A DNA stretch of 62,422 bases from Blastocatellia bacterium. Lineage in GTDB: Bacteria > Acidobacteriota > Blastocatellia > Pyrinomonadales > Pyrinomonadaceae. The position numbers were made by a program, and so were the translations under genes. How positions within the stretch are numbered: position 1 is the first letter of the stretch; each line of letters begins with the position of its first letter. The notes under the pieces were generated by a model. The model had not been told where the DNA came from and made no database searches. It was given only the letters and a program-made list of their open reading frames with translations. Positions 46,941 to 55,222 of the stretch are shown here, piece by piece. Where the stretch lies: contig JBQTJB010000006.1 of the NCBI GenBank assembly GCA_052387555.1, positions 1 through 62,422 of the forward strand, written 5' to 3'.

Positions 46941-46987
46941 CTTTTTACAGTTTCCCTTTTCGGGATCGAGCACTACCATCCGTGCTT

Positions 46988-47641
46988 TTATTTCATAACG
47001 CCGCGGAGAAGTATCTCCGCAAAATTCCTGGCTGCTTCCTCGTTCGTAATGTCGAGAAGCCGCCTGTTCTTATCCCAAAGAATGTTGTTCAACGAATGAT
47101 GTATCCACATCCCAAGAAATGCCCTTACAACGATTCGCGGGTTCATTTCCCGAAAAACTCCGTCTTCCTGCCTCGTTTTTACATAATTACCCATGAACTC
47201 ATATACACGGGATACGAAGTCGTTAAAGAAACGTTCCGCAAGGCCGTGTTCCTCAAGCGCCGCATAAAACATCAGCCGCATGAAACGCTCGTCATCCCTA
47301 TGTTTATTCAATGCATGGATCGCAAAATTGTAAAAAACCGCCATATCATCCTTTTCGGCGATCGCGTTTTGCAAAGCTTCATTTTCCTCCCAGGGTAAAC
47401 GGTCAGTTCCCTCTTCGTGCGTTTTTGCATGCAGGATCGCGCCATAAAGCTCATCCTTGGTCGCAAAATGACGGAATACCATTGCCTCCGAAACGCCGGC
47501 CGCATGGGCGATTTTCTTAGTCGTCGTCCCGCTGAATCCGTGCTGCGAAAAAAGATCCACCGCGGTTTTCAGAATCAGCTCCCGCCGCTTATCGCCGGTC
47601 ATTCGTCCGGCGTGTTCACAATTAAAAAAATCCTTGATCAA
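46988..47641 (-). CDS. TetR/AcrR family transcriptional regulator
   Basis: HTH LFSQHGFSGTTTKKIAHAAGVSEAMVFRHF. TTG start with GGAGAG 7 nt upstream. An alternative ATG lies 13 codons in. Confidence 0.85.
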   Translation of the reverse strand: MIKDFFNCEHAGRMTGDKRRELILKTAVDLFSQHGFSGTTTKKIAHAAGVSEAMVFRHFATKDELYGAILHAKTHEEGTDRLPWEENEALQNAIAEKDDMAVFYNFAIHALNKHRDDERFMRLMFYAALEEHGLAERFFNDFVSRVYEFMGNYVKTRQEDGVFREMNPRIVVRAFLGMWIHHSLNNILWDKNRRLLDITNEEAARNFAEILLRGVMK

Positions 47642-47663
47642 ATAATACTCTCCAAAGAAGCAA

Positions 47664-47679
47664 AAGTAAGTGCTTACTT
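47664..47679. promoter_or_regulatory. 16-bp palindrome, candidate TetR operator
   Basis: AAGTAAGTGCTTACTT, 22 nt upstream of the tetR start in the divergent promoter region. Confidence 0.35.
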
Positions 47680-47916
47680 ACTGGTATATCGTAAGATTTG
47701 CATTTTGAATATTTGATGTCAAGCGCTTTTTAAAAAAATTGTTTGAATAACGATCTTTTAATGCGAAGTTAATGCTTTGGAGCCATCAGATTGCAAAAAG
47801 ACACCGAACATTTCCTTGCAGAATTCGTTACAACTATATCGAGGCTTACTTCATCCGAAAGTTCGCGCTCAACGCGGTTTGGGGTAAATTTGCAGTAAGT
47901 AAAGGAGAGTTTGGAA

Positions 47917-48267
47917 ATGTCGGAATTTGAAGCAGAAGTAAAAAAAGCGGAAAAGGAACTTGAACAAAGCCTTGTTCCGGTCGAAAACGGTTTTGATAAT
48001 CAGTCGCAGGACGATGAATTTTTGGGAGATATAAAAATGCAGGCACAAGAATACGGACAGAAACTGAGCGACGCCGCCGATAAGGCAAAGGTATTTGCCG
48101 AGGAAAAAATGGCATGGGCGGGCGACAAGTTTAAGGAAATTCAGGGCAAAGATCCGAAAGAGCTTATCGAGGATGCGAAGGAATATGCCCGGCAAAAACC
48201 CGGCCAGACGATTCTTATCTCGGCTGCGATCGGTTTGGTGATCGGTTTTCTTCTCCGACGCAAATAG
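47917..48267 (+). CDS. DUF883 (ElaB/YqjD-like) tail-anchored protein
   Basis: AAGGAGAG RBS and C-terminal TM QTILISAAIGLVIGFLLRRK. Confidence 0.7.
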   Translation: MSEFEAEVKKAEKELEQSLVPVENGFDNQSQDDEFLGDIKMQAQEYGQKLSDAADKAKVFAEEKMAWAGDKFKEIQGKDPKELIEDAKEYARQKPGQTILISAAIGLVIGFLLRRK

Positions 48268-48290
48268 TTATAAATAAACATCTTTGCAAT

Positions 48291-48331
48291 AAAAAAGGGC
48301 AGCTCTTGTCGAGTTGCCTTTTTCATTTTTT
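48291..48331. terminator. bidirectional terminator hairpin between convergent genes
   Basis: An A-run, then ggcagctc-ttgtc-gagttgcc, then a T-run. Confidence 0.55.
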
Positions 48332-48346
48332 GACTAAAAAGCCGTC

Positions 48347-48697
48347 CTAGTTCTGTGCGTGGATAAGACGGCGGGTTTGGTCGCCAAACAGCACGTCTAT
48401 CTTCTGCGTTTCCAGAACCGCGGTAACTTCGCCGTGTCCGAATGTCGAGTGCATCATTGCCTGTCCCTTTCGGTACTTGCGCGTCCGGTCGTAGGGCGAA
48501 GCCGCCTTGGACTTGCCGGCGGCAATCGAGGTTTTAACGCCGCGGTTAAATGTGCTTGCCGTTTCGCAAGCGTCACAGGTCGCTTTCGAGATCTTCCCGA
48601 GTTTCGTTACAGTTTCGATCGTGTGCGGTTGCTCTACATCACAGCCGGAACACATCATCTCGATCTTTCCGCCGGCTTCATACTTTTCTGCTTTCAT
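48347..48697 (-). CDS. zinc-ribbon protein with C-terminal UvrD-C/DUF3553-like Tudor motif (tentative)
   Basis: CSGC...CDAC, then MHSTFGHGEVTAVLETQKIDVLF. Starts 20 nt after the helicase stop. Confidence 0.45.
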   Translation of the reverse strand: MKAEKYEAGGKIEMMCSGCDVEQPHTIETVTKLGKISKATCDACETASTFNRGVKTSIAAGKSKAASPYDRTRKYRKGQAMMHSTFGHGEVTAVLETQKIDVLFGDQTRRLIHAQN

Positions 48698-48716
48698 AGT
48701 TCGATTTCCTTATTTC

Positions 48717-49919
48717 TTACCTTCGTCTCCTTCCGCCGAAGGAGCGGAAAGTTCTTTTCACCGGCTGCGCATTTTTAGCCGGCGAGACCGGAGATGACAT
48801 AACGCCTCCGAAATCCGGCAGAAGCACGCGTTCAACGCTCTGGCCCGTTAGCCGTTCGATTGCCCGCAATGAGTGCTCTTCGGCATTCGTAAACAGCGTT
48901 ATGGCGCGCCCTTTATTACCCGCCCGGCCCGTACGGCCGATGCGATGCACATAATCCTCGGGCGCCTCCGGTATGTCATAGTTTATCACATGTGAGACCG
49001 AATCGATATCAATTCCGCGGGCGGCAACGTCCGTTGCCACAAGGACGCGGGTTTTGCCCGATTTGAAAGAACGCAGGGCGGCCTCACGCTGTGATTGCGA
49101 GCGGTCGCCGTGAATCCGGTTAGAACGATGCGAACGAGCCTCCAGAATGTGGGCCAGCCGGTCGGCTCCGCGTTTCGTCCGCGTAAACACTAAAACGCGT
49201 TCGAAATCCTCTTTATCCAAAAGGTCGAGCAGCAGAGGCATTTTCGCCTGTTGGGCGACGGGATAGGCCTTCTGGTCGATAGTAATGGCGGCCGTTCCGC
49301 GTCGGCTGATCTCGACGTAGTGCGGATCGTCCATTATCGAAAGGGCGATCTTTTCTATGTCGTTCGAAAGCGTGGCCGAAAAAAACAAGGTTTGCCGTTT
49401 TTCCGGAAGCACCTTCACTATCCGCTTGATAGCGGGCAAAAAACCCATATCCAGCATGCGGTCAGCTTCGTCGAGCACGAGCGTGTCGATCTTTGAAAGA
49501 TTCAACATTCCCTGCTCCATGAAATCCATAAGGCGTCCGGGCGTTGCGACAATTATGTTCGCGCCGCGTTGGATAGCGTCGATTTGATTCTTATAGCCCG
49601 CGCCGCCGATGATCGAAGCACATCTGATATGCTTCGGGGCAAACTGGCGGCAAGCGGCATCGGTCTGATTCGCAAGCTCGCGCGTCGGAGACAAAACAAG
49701 CACGGTCGTGCCTTTTTTCTGTCTGATGCCCAGATTCTGTAGGATCGGGAGCAGAAATGCGGCGGTCTTGCCGGTTCCGGTCTCGGCCGTTGCAATGATA
49801 TTCTTGCCCTCTAAAACTAATGGAATAGCCTGTTTTTGGATGGGTGTAGGCTCAGTGTAACCCAGTCGCTCGCATCTTTCCGTCAAAAACGGCTGCAAGC
49901 CCAAATCTCTAAAATTCAT
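48717..49919 (-). CDS. DEAD-box ATP-dependent RNA helicase (RhlE-like)
   Basis: Q motif, AETGTGKT, DEAD, SAT, HRIGRTGRAG, and an Arg-rich tail. Confidence 0.92.
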   Translation of the reverse strand: MNFRDLGLQPFLTERCERLGYTEPTPIQKQAIPLVLEGKNIIATAETGTGKTAAFLLPILQNLGIRQKKGTTVLVLSPTRELANQTDAACRQFAPKHIRCASIIGGAGYKNQIDAIQRGANIIVATPGRLMDFMEQGMLNLSKIDTLVLDEADRMLDMGFLPAIKRIVKVLPEKRQTLFFSATLSNDIEKIALSIMDDPHYVEISRRGTAAITIDQKAYPVAQQAKMPLLLDLLDKEDFERVLVFTRTKRGADRLAHILEARSHRSNRIHGDRSQSQREAALRSFKSGKTRVLVATDVAARGIDIDSVSHVINYDIPEAPEDYVHRIGRTGRAGNKGRAITLFTNAEEHSLRAIERLTGQSVERVLLPDFGGVMSSPVSPAKNAQPVKRTFRSFGGRRRR

Positions 49920-50396
49920 TTTGTATCTAATATCTTTCTCTCAACCAAAAAACCGCGTAATCCTTGCGGCCTTATCCCCGTCGCTGAAAGCGACAATGAC
50001 AATAGCCTGGGGTGAGCGAATGTAATGAACAGAACCCCAGGTCGGTGACCAAGCGGTTCCCGTCCCTGAAGGGGACGAATATCAAAACATTTGCAGTTCT
50101 ATTTCAGTCTGTACAAAAATACACAAACCAATATTTGAACTCTAAACAGTTCTTCAGGATTTAATAAGAAGTTACGTTCGCGGAATGATCTTCAGTGTAA
50201 CGGTTGCAAGGAAGGAACAGCGCTCGAGCGCTCAAAACTGGTTTGAGCTGCTTCTGACAGTTATAAACGAACCGTCTCTCGCTTCTATCCATTTCGCCTC
50301 AACATAGAGGCGAGTTTACCGTCGGTGAATGAGATACGGAATTATCAAATTGTGAGATTACAACATTTACGGAAAAGATGCAAGGTAATTCTAGGG

Positions 50397-50897
50397 TTAT
50401 GCGATTGTACACGTAAAACGAATCCCTGACTCCTCAATGAACTGGAAGTCGTTTATCCACGGCACGCCCATATTGTCACAAACATTAGGAATCTTTATCC
50501 GAGTTGTATTCGCAGTTTCCTTATTTTCTTTCGTCACAACACAAGCATTTTCGTTGATTGCATGCGCGATAACCCACGGATCTGCTAATGATCTTTGTCG
50601 AATATTGTCGACCAGAAGTTTGTGCGTCGGGTTCTTTGCAAGAATCGTCCTCCAACAATTAACCACAGCTTCTGTATGCGGTAATTTAGGAATTTGGCTA
50701 GATTTCAACCATTCAGATAAATCATCGTCGGTCCGAGTAATTTCCTCAAACACCATGTGGGGTATAACAATTTGGCACTTCCTTCCAAGTCCGATTAATA
50801 TATTCCAATAATCAGGGCAGAACACTGGAGAATAATAGCCTCGCCACGCTTGAATTAATACGTTTGAATCGAGGCAATATTTCTTGGAAGAGGTCAT
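50397..50897 (-). CDS. DUF4411 family PIN-like nuclease
   Basis: YCLDSNVLIQAW..YY, ADPWVIAHA, KIPNVC. Confidence 0.75.
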   Translation of the reverse strand: MTSSKKYCLDSNVLIQAWRGYYSPVFCPDYWNILIGLGRKCQIVIPHMVFEEITRTDDDLSEWLKSSQIPKLPHTEAVVNCWRTILAKNPTHKLLVDNIRQRSLADPWVIAHAINENACVVTKENKETANTTRIKIPNVCDNMGVPWINDFQFIEESGIRFTCTIA

Positions 50898-52075
50898 TAC
50901 TTATAGAGTTGAGCTTCAAGCCCCGTAAAATTATTTACTTTCACGTTAAGCAATAAACTTGCATGAGTCGGTTCCAGAAATCCGCCACGATACGCATCTA
51001 GCACCGTTTGCGTAAATCGTCGGCCATTCTTATTTAGTTGCAGCAAATAATAGCTCGGCCCCCCTTTGCTTTCAGCTAATTTCTGCGAAGCAATTTTCTC
51101 TTCCTCCCGACTTTTGTACTCCATAAACTCTTTATCCGCTTGCTGTTTCAAACGTCGATAATCTTCCAGTCGAATTAATCTCAATTTGTAGGCTCGAACC
51201 AGGAACGCAAAGGTGCTGACACCCAAACCGCGAATAGCATTGAATACATCTGTGGACGACCGATAAACAGTATGCGAAAATGATCGAACCAATTGGGGCG
51301 GCATTAAAGCGTTGGCCGCAACCTCATTACAAAATAGTTCAACTGGGTGCAGAGCATCTTTAACACTAATTTCAGGCTCGGTCGCGTTTGATATTCCTGA
51401 TTGTGCAATCCAAAGATGGGCAAGTTCATGAACCAAAGTGAATAATAACGGAGCGTCCCAATCATCTGAATTGAGAAACACAAAAGGAGCTAAAGGATCG
51501 GCAATAGCAAACCCTTGAAATTCATCCGCATCAAGTTTCAATCTGGAATGGATGAAACTCGTTCGTGACACAAAAATTCCGGCGGACTCGGCACTTTCAA
51601 TCCAATGTTTCAGTGGATTTGAGTTTTTATATTTTGGCGGACGAATTTGAAGGGTGAACAAGAGGTCTTCCGCAACTTTAACCGGATCATCTTTCAATGA
51701 AAACTTCCCGACAAACCCGAGAGGACGCTCCCCGCTTGCTCGAAACTCCTCACTTAGCCACCCCTGTTTTTGCTGCATTTCGCGAATAATAAATGTCGAT
51801 GCCGTTCCAAGTTCTTTAGAACCACGTTTCCTAAAGTCTTGAAGGGGCTGAAAATCGCGAGGAATTTCTAAAAGAAAGAATAATGCAAACGGTCGACGAT
51901 ACGATTTGGCGAGTATCTCGGCTTGTCGCATAGTTGGAAATGAAACGCCTGCTTCCCAATCTTCCAACTTCTCGGCAGAAACGGAAACCTTTGAAGCCGC
52001 ATCGTCAAGTGACATTCGTGCAGTCAATCTAGCCCACTTTAAAATTTTAGGTGTAACGTAAGCTTTGTCCGGCAT
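50897..52075 (-). CDS. XRE-type HTH + ImmA/IrrE family metallopeptidase
   Basis: N-terminal HTH (MSLDDAASKVSVSAEKLEDWEAG) and HEXXH as LVHELAHLWI. TAATG overlap with DUF4411. Confidence 0.8.
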   Translation of the reverse strand: MPDKAYVTPKILKWARLTARMSLDDAASKVSVSAEKLEDWEAGVSFPTMRQAEILAKSYRRPFALFFLLEIPRDFQPLQDFRKRGSKELGTASTFIIREMQQKQGWLSEEFRASGERPLGFVGKFSLKDDPVKVAEDLLFTLQIRPPKYKNSNPLKHWIESAESAGIFVSRTSFIHSRLKLDADEFQGFAIADPLAPFVFLNSDDWDAPLLFTLVHELAHLWIAQSGISNATEPEISVKDALHPVELFCNEVAANALMPPQLVRSFSHTVYRSSTDVFNAIRGLGVSTFAFLVRAYKLRLIRLEDYRRLKQQADKEFMEYKSREEEKIASQKLAESKGGPSYYLLQLNKNGRRFTQTVLDAYRGGFLEPTHASLLLNVKVNNFTGLEAQLYK

Positions 52076-52230
52076 TTTATTCTCGAATTGCGTGATATCG
52101 GATAAGTGTCGTTAAGAAAATCAAATATGAATACTAATCCCAAACGGGCGAAATTGGGAACAGAATAACTTATAGCACGAATGGTAGGGTGGGGAATAAG
52201 TCAAACTGCGTCCTACCAATCGTTTAATAC

Positions 52231-53802
52231 CTATCCGATCATTTTAAGAGAAATCCACTTTGCTGATACATCCCTGGGCGATTGTTTATTCCCGTCTACT
52301 TCATAATTAAGCCTCCGCATTTCGTCGGTGGAGATAGCATTGTTAAGCTTTTCAAATGTATCCCGCAAAATGTCGTAAACGTCCTTGCGTGCGATGTAGA
52401 CAGCCTGATAGGGCGGGAAGTAATGTTTATTATCTTCCAATTGAAACAGGTCGAGGGCCGAGATAAGGCCGTCGGTCGAGTTGCCGGCGATAATGTCTAG
52501 CTCGCCGGATTGGAGGGCTCGATAGGTAAGCGAAAGGTCCATTTCACGCGGCTGTTTGGCGAAATTGAAGCCGTAGGCTTTTGCAAATCCGGGATAGCCG
52601 TCGGCGCGTGACATAAAATCCTGCCCAAAGCCTGCCTGCCAGTTTTGGGCGAGCGGAACAGCGTCAGAGATCGTTTTCAGATTGTTCTTACAGGCAACAT
52701 CGCCGCGGACGAGTATCGCAAAATCGTTTGCAAAACCGAGCGGCGGGCTAACGGTCAGCTTAAATTGCGAGGCGTACTCAGCTTTGGTCTGGTCATAAAC
52801 CTTTTGCGGATCAGTCAGCGGCGGATGTTTGAGGATTGCCGTGTACGCCGTGCCGGTATATTCGGGATAAACGTCGATCTGTCCTGAAAGCAGAGAATCT
52901 TGTGGAATATTGCCGCCGAGCTCGAACCGCCGTTCGACCGCAACGCCTTGTTTTTCAAGTAATTGAGCGAGGATCTCTGCAAGTATTATTGATTCAGTAA
53001 AATCCTTTGAACCTACTACGATCTTACGCCCGCTTACATGGCCGGGCTGTGCGTCGTTCAAATCTGAAATTTCAGATCTGAAATTCGGGAGATAGCTGAA
53101 TCCGACGACTGCGGCGAGAATCGCGGCCAACGCAGATCCGACTAACTTGCGTCTGCCCGCATTCGCACGCTCGCCGATGTTGTAAGATTTCTCGATTTGG
53201 CCTAGAGCAAAATCACACAAAAGGGCTAATAATGCCGACGCCAACGCTCCGGCAACAAGCAGATTATTATCATTCTGCCGCAGGCCGCGAAATATATACG
53301 TGCCGAGGCCGCCCGCGCCGACCGCCGCCGCAACCGTCGCGACCCCGACCGAAATAACCACCGCAACCCGAATGCCTGTAAGAATTACCGGTGCGGCAAG
53401 CGGAAGTTCCACCATTCGCAGGACTTGGCCGTTGGTCATTCCCATCGCCGTCGATGCTTCCCGCACCTTCGGGTCAATGCCCAGAATTCCCGTCACCGTA
53501 TTGCGAATCACCGGCAGCAAAGCGTAGAGCGCAAGCGCGATCACCGCCGTTTTCGCCCCAATGCCGCCGATGAACGGTATCGGGATCAGCAAGCCGAAAA
53601 GCGCCAGGCTCGGCACCGTCTGCATTATGTTCGCAAATCCTAGCACCGGCGTTTGCAATGATCTTATCCGCGTCAGCAAAATCCCCAGCGGCAGCCCGAT
53701 CAACACCGCCAAACCGGTCGAAAGCAGCACAATGAAGATGTGCTCGCGCGTCAGCACAAGCAGCTCGGCCCAGTTTTGTTTTATGAACTCGAAAAAATTC
53801 AT
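52231..53802 (-). CDS. ABC transporter permease fused to substrate-binding domain (glycine betaine/choline Opu type)
   Basis: N-terminal BPD permease, C-terminal OpuBC-like SBP (GSKDFTESIILAEI...). Confidence 0.88.
   Translation of the reverse strand: MNFFEFIKQNWAELLVLTREHIFIVLLSTGLAVLIGLPLGILLTRIRSLQTPVLGFANIMQTVPSLALFGLLIPIPFIGGIGAKTAVIALALYALLPVIRNTVTGILGIDPKVREASTAMGMTNGQVLRMVELPLAAPVILTGIRVAVVISVGVATVAAAVGAGGLGTYIFRGLRQNDNNLLVAGALASALLALLCDFALGQIEKSYNIGERANAGRRKLVGSALAAILAAVVGFSYLPNFRSEISDLNDAQPGHVSGRKIVVGSKDFTESIILAEILAQLLEKQGVAVERRFELGGNIPQDSLLSGQIDVYPEYTGTAYTAILKHPPLTDPQKVYDQTKAEYASQFKLTVSPPLGFANDFAILVRGDVACKNNLKTISDAVPLAQNWQAGFGQDFMSRADGYPGFAKAYGFNFAKQPREMDLSLTYRALQSGELDIIAGNSTDGLISALDLFQLEDNKHYFPPYQAVYIARKDVYDILRDTFEKLNNAISTDEMRRLNYEVDGNKQSPRDVSAKWISLKMIG
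53058..53089. repeat. heptamer-type palindromic insert in the permease/SBP linker
   Basis: tcaaatctgaaatttcagatctgaaattcggg contains the perfect 16-bp palindrome ATCTGAAATTTCAGAT (53062-53077). It encodes RSEISDLN. Confidence 0.8.
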
Positions 53803-54542
53803 CCGGCTATTGTCTCTAAATATGACTTCGCGAGCGGTACGTCAGCGCTTTGGAAATCGGCGGAAGTGCCGAGAAAGACGATGCGGCCTTTTTCCATCAG
53901 TGCAATTCGCGATGCAAGAAGCATGGCTTCGCGGAGGTCGTGGGTGACGAAGACGGCGGTTTTGCCAAGATCGCGGACGAGGCGGGCGAATTCTTTTTGA
54001 AGATTCGTACGCGTGATAACGTCGAGCGCCCCGAACGGTTCGTCGAGCAGGACAATTGAAGGGTCGGCCGCTAAAGCACGGGCGACGCCGACTCGTTGGC
54101 GCTGGCCGCCGGACAGTTCGTGCGGGAAACGGGCGGCGAATTTAGCCGGTACGAGCCCGACCATTTCGAGCATCTCTTCCGTTCGAGATCTGAGCGTGGT
54201 TTCGTTTCTTTTCAGTAGTTTCAAAACAAGCGAAACATTCTCGGCAACCGTAAAGTGCGGAAACAGGCCACCTTCCTGCAGCACGTAGCCGATGTGTCTT
54301 CGCAAGTCGATAGCATCCCAATCGCTTGTCCGCTTGCCTTCGACCAGAACCTCGCCCGCAGTCGGGTCGATCAGCCGGTTAATAAGTTTCAGCGTCGTCG
54401 TCTTGCCGCAGCCGGATTCGCCGAGCAGGACGAGCACCTCGCCTTTATCAATCGATAGATTAATACCACCCAAAATGCGCGCTTCGCCGATCTCATACGA
54501 GACGGAACGAAATTCAACAATGGCGTTTAACGCTTCAGTCAT
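53799..54542 (-). CDS. ABC transporter ATP-binding protein
   Basis: Walker A GESGCGKTT, signature LSGGQRQR, Walker B ILLDEP. ATGA overlap with the permease. Confidence 0.92.
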   Translation of the reverse strand: MTEALNAIVEFRSVSYEIGEARILGGINLSIDKGEVLVLLGESGCGKTTTLKLINRLIDPTAGEVLVEGKRTSDWDAIDLRRHIGYVLQEGGLFPHFTVAENVSLVLKLLKRNETTLRSRTEEMLEMVGLVPAKFAARFPHELSGGQRQRVGVARALAADPSIVLLDEPFGALDVITRTNLQKEFARLVRDLGKTAVFVTHDLREAMLLASRIALMEKGRIVFLGTSADFQSADVPLAKSYLETIAG

Positions 54543-54626
54543 CTCAAGTGTAGCGATTCTATCACTATTCCTTGCAAACCCCTAAGAAAGTATGTATATC
54601 TATTGTAGATACATTGGAGGGTGCAT

Positions 54627-54866
54627 ATGAAAGTGCAAATTCAAAAATGGGGAAACAGTCTGGCGTTGCGTATACCTAAATCGTTCGCCGTGGAAACGCG
54701 CATCGAAGAGGGTTCGACCGTCGACATGACATTAGCGAAGAACGGTATCTTGATGAGCCCAGCGGAAAAAGAAATAACGCTGGAAATTCTGCTTGCGGGT
54801 GTTACAACGGAAAACATCCACTCTGAAATTGATTTTGGGAAACCAAAGGGAAGAGAGATTTGGTAA
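54627..54866 (+). CDS. mazE: AbrB/MazE family antitoxin
   Basis: KVQIQKWGNSLALRIPK, with GGAGGG RBS. Confidence 0.85.
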   Translation: MKVQIQKWGNSLALRIPKSFAVETRIEEGSTVDMTLAKNGILMSPAEKEITLEILLAGVTTENIHSEIDFGKPKGREIW

Positions 54867-55195
54867 TGGCATATGTACCAAATCGCGGCGATGTTGTGTG
54901 GCTCGATTTCGATCCGCAAAGCGGTCACGAACAGGCGGGGCACCGGCCCGCTTTGGTTATTTCTCCTAGAGCCTATAATCAAAAAGTTGGCCTAGCCTTG
55001 TTCTGTCCTATCACTTCGCAGGTCAAAGGCTACCCGTTCGAAGTAATAATACCCAAAGGTTCAAAGCTGAAAGGAGTGATACTTTCCGATCAGATAAAGA
55101 GCCTTGACTGGCGGGCAAGGAAGGCGACATTGATAGCTAAATTGCCCAGCAACATTATCGAAGAGGTCCTTCAGAAGACTCGAACACTCCTCTAA
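54866..55195 (+). CDS. mazF: MazF/PemK family endoribonuclease toxin
   Basis: YVPNRGDVVWLDFDPQSGHEQAGHRPALVIS...CPITSQVKGYPFEV. TAATG overlap. Confidence 0.9.
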   Translation: MAYVPNRGDVVWLDFDPQSGHEQAGHRPALVISPRAYNQKVGLALFCPITSQVKGYPFEVIIPKGSKLKGVILSDQIKSLDWRARKATLIAKLPSNIIEEVLQKTRTLL

Positions 55196-55222
55196 ACTCG
55201 CAACCCCAAATCCGCAATCGTT

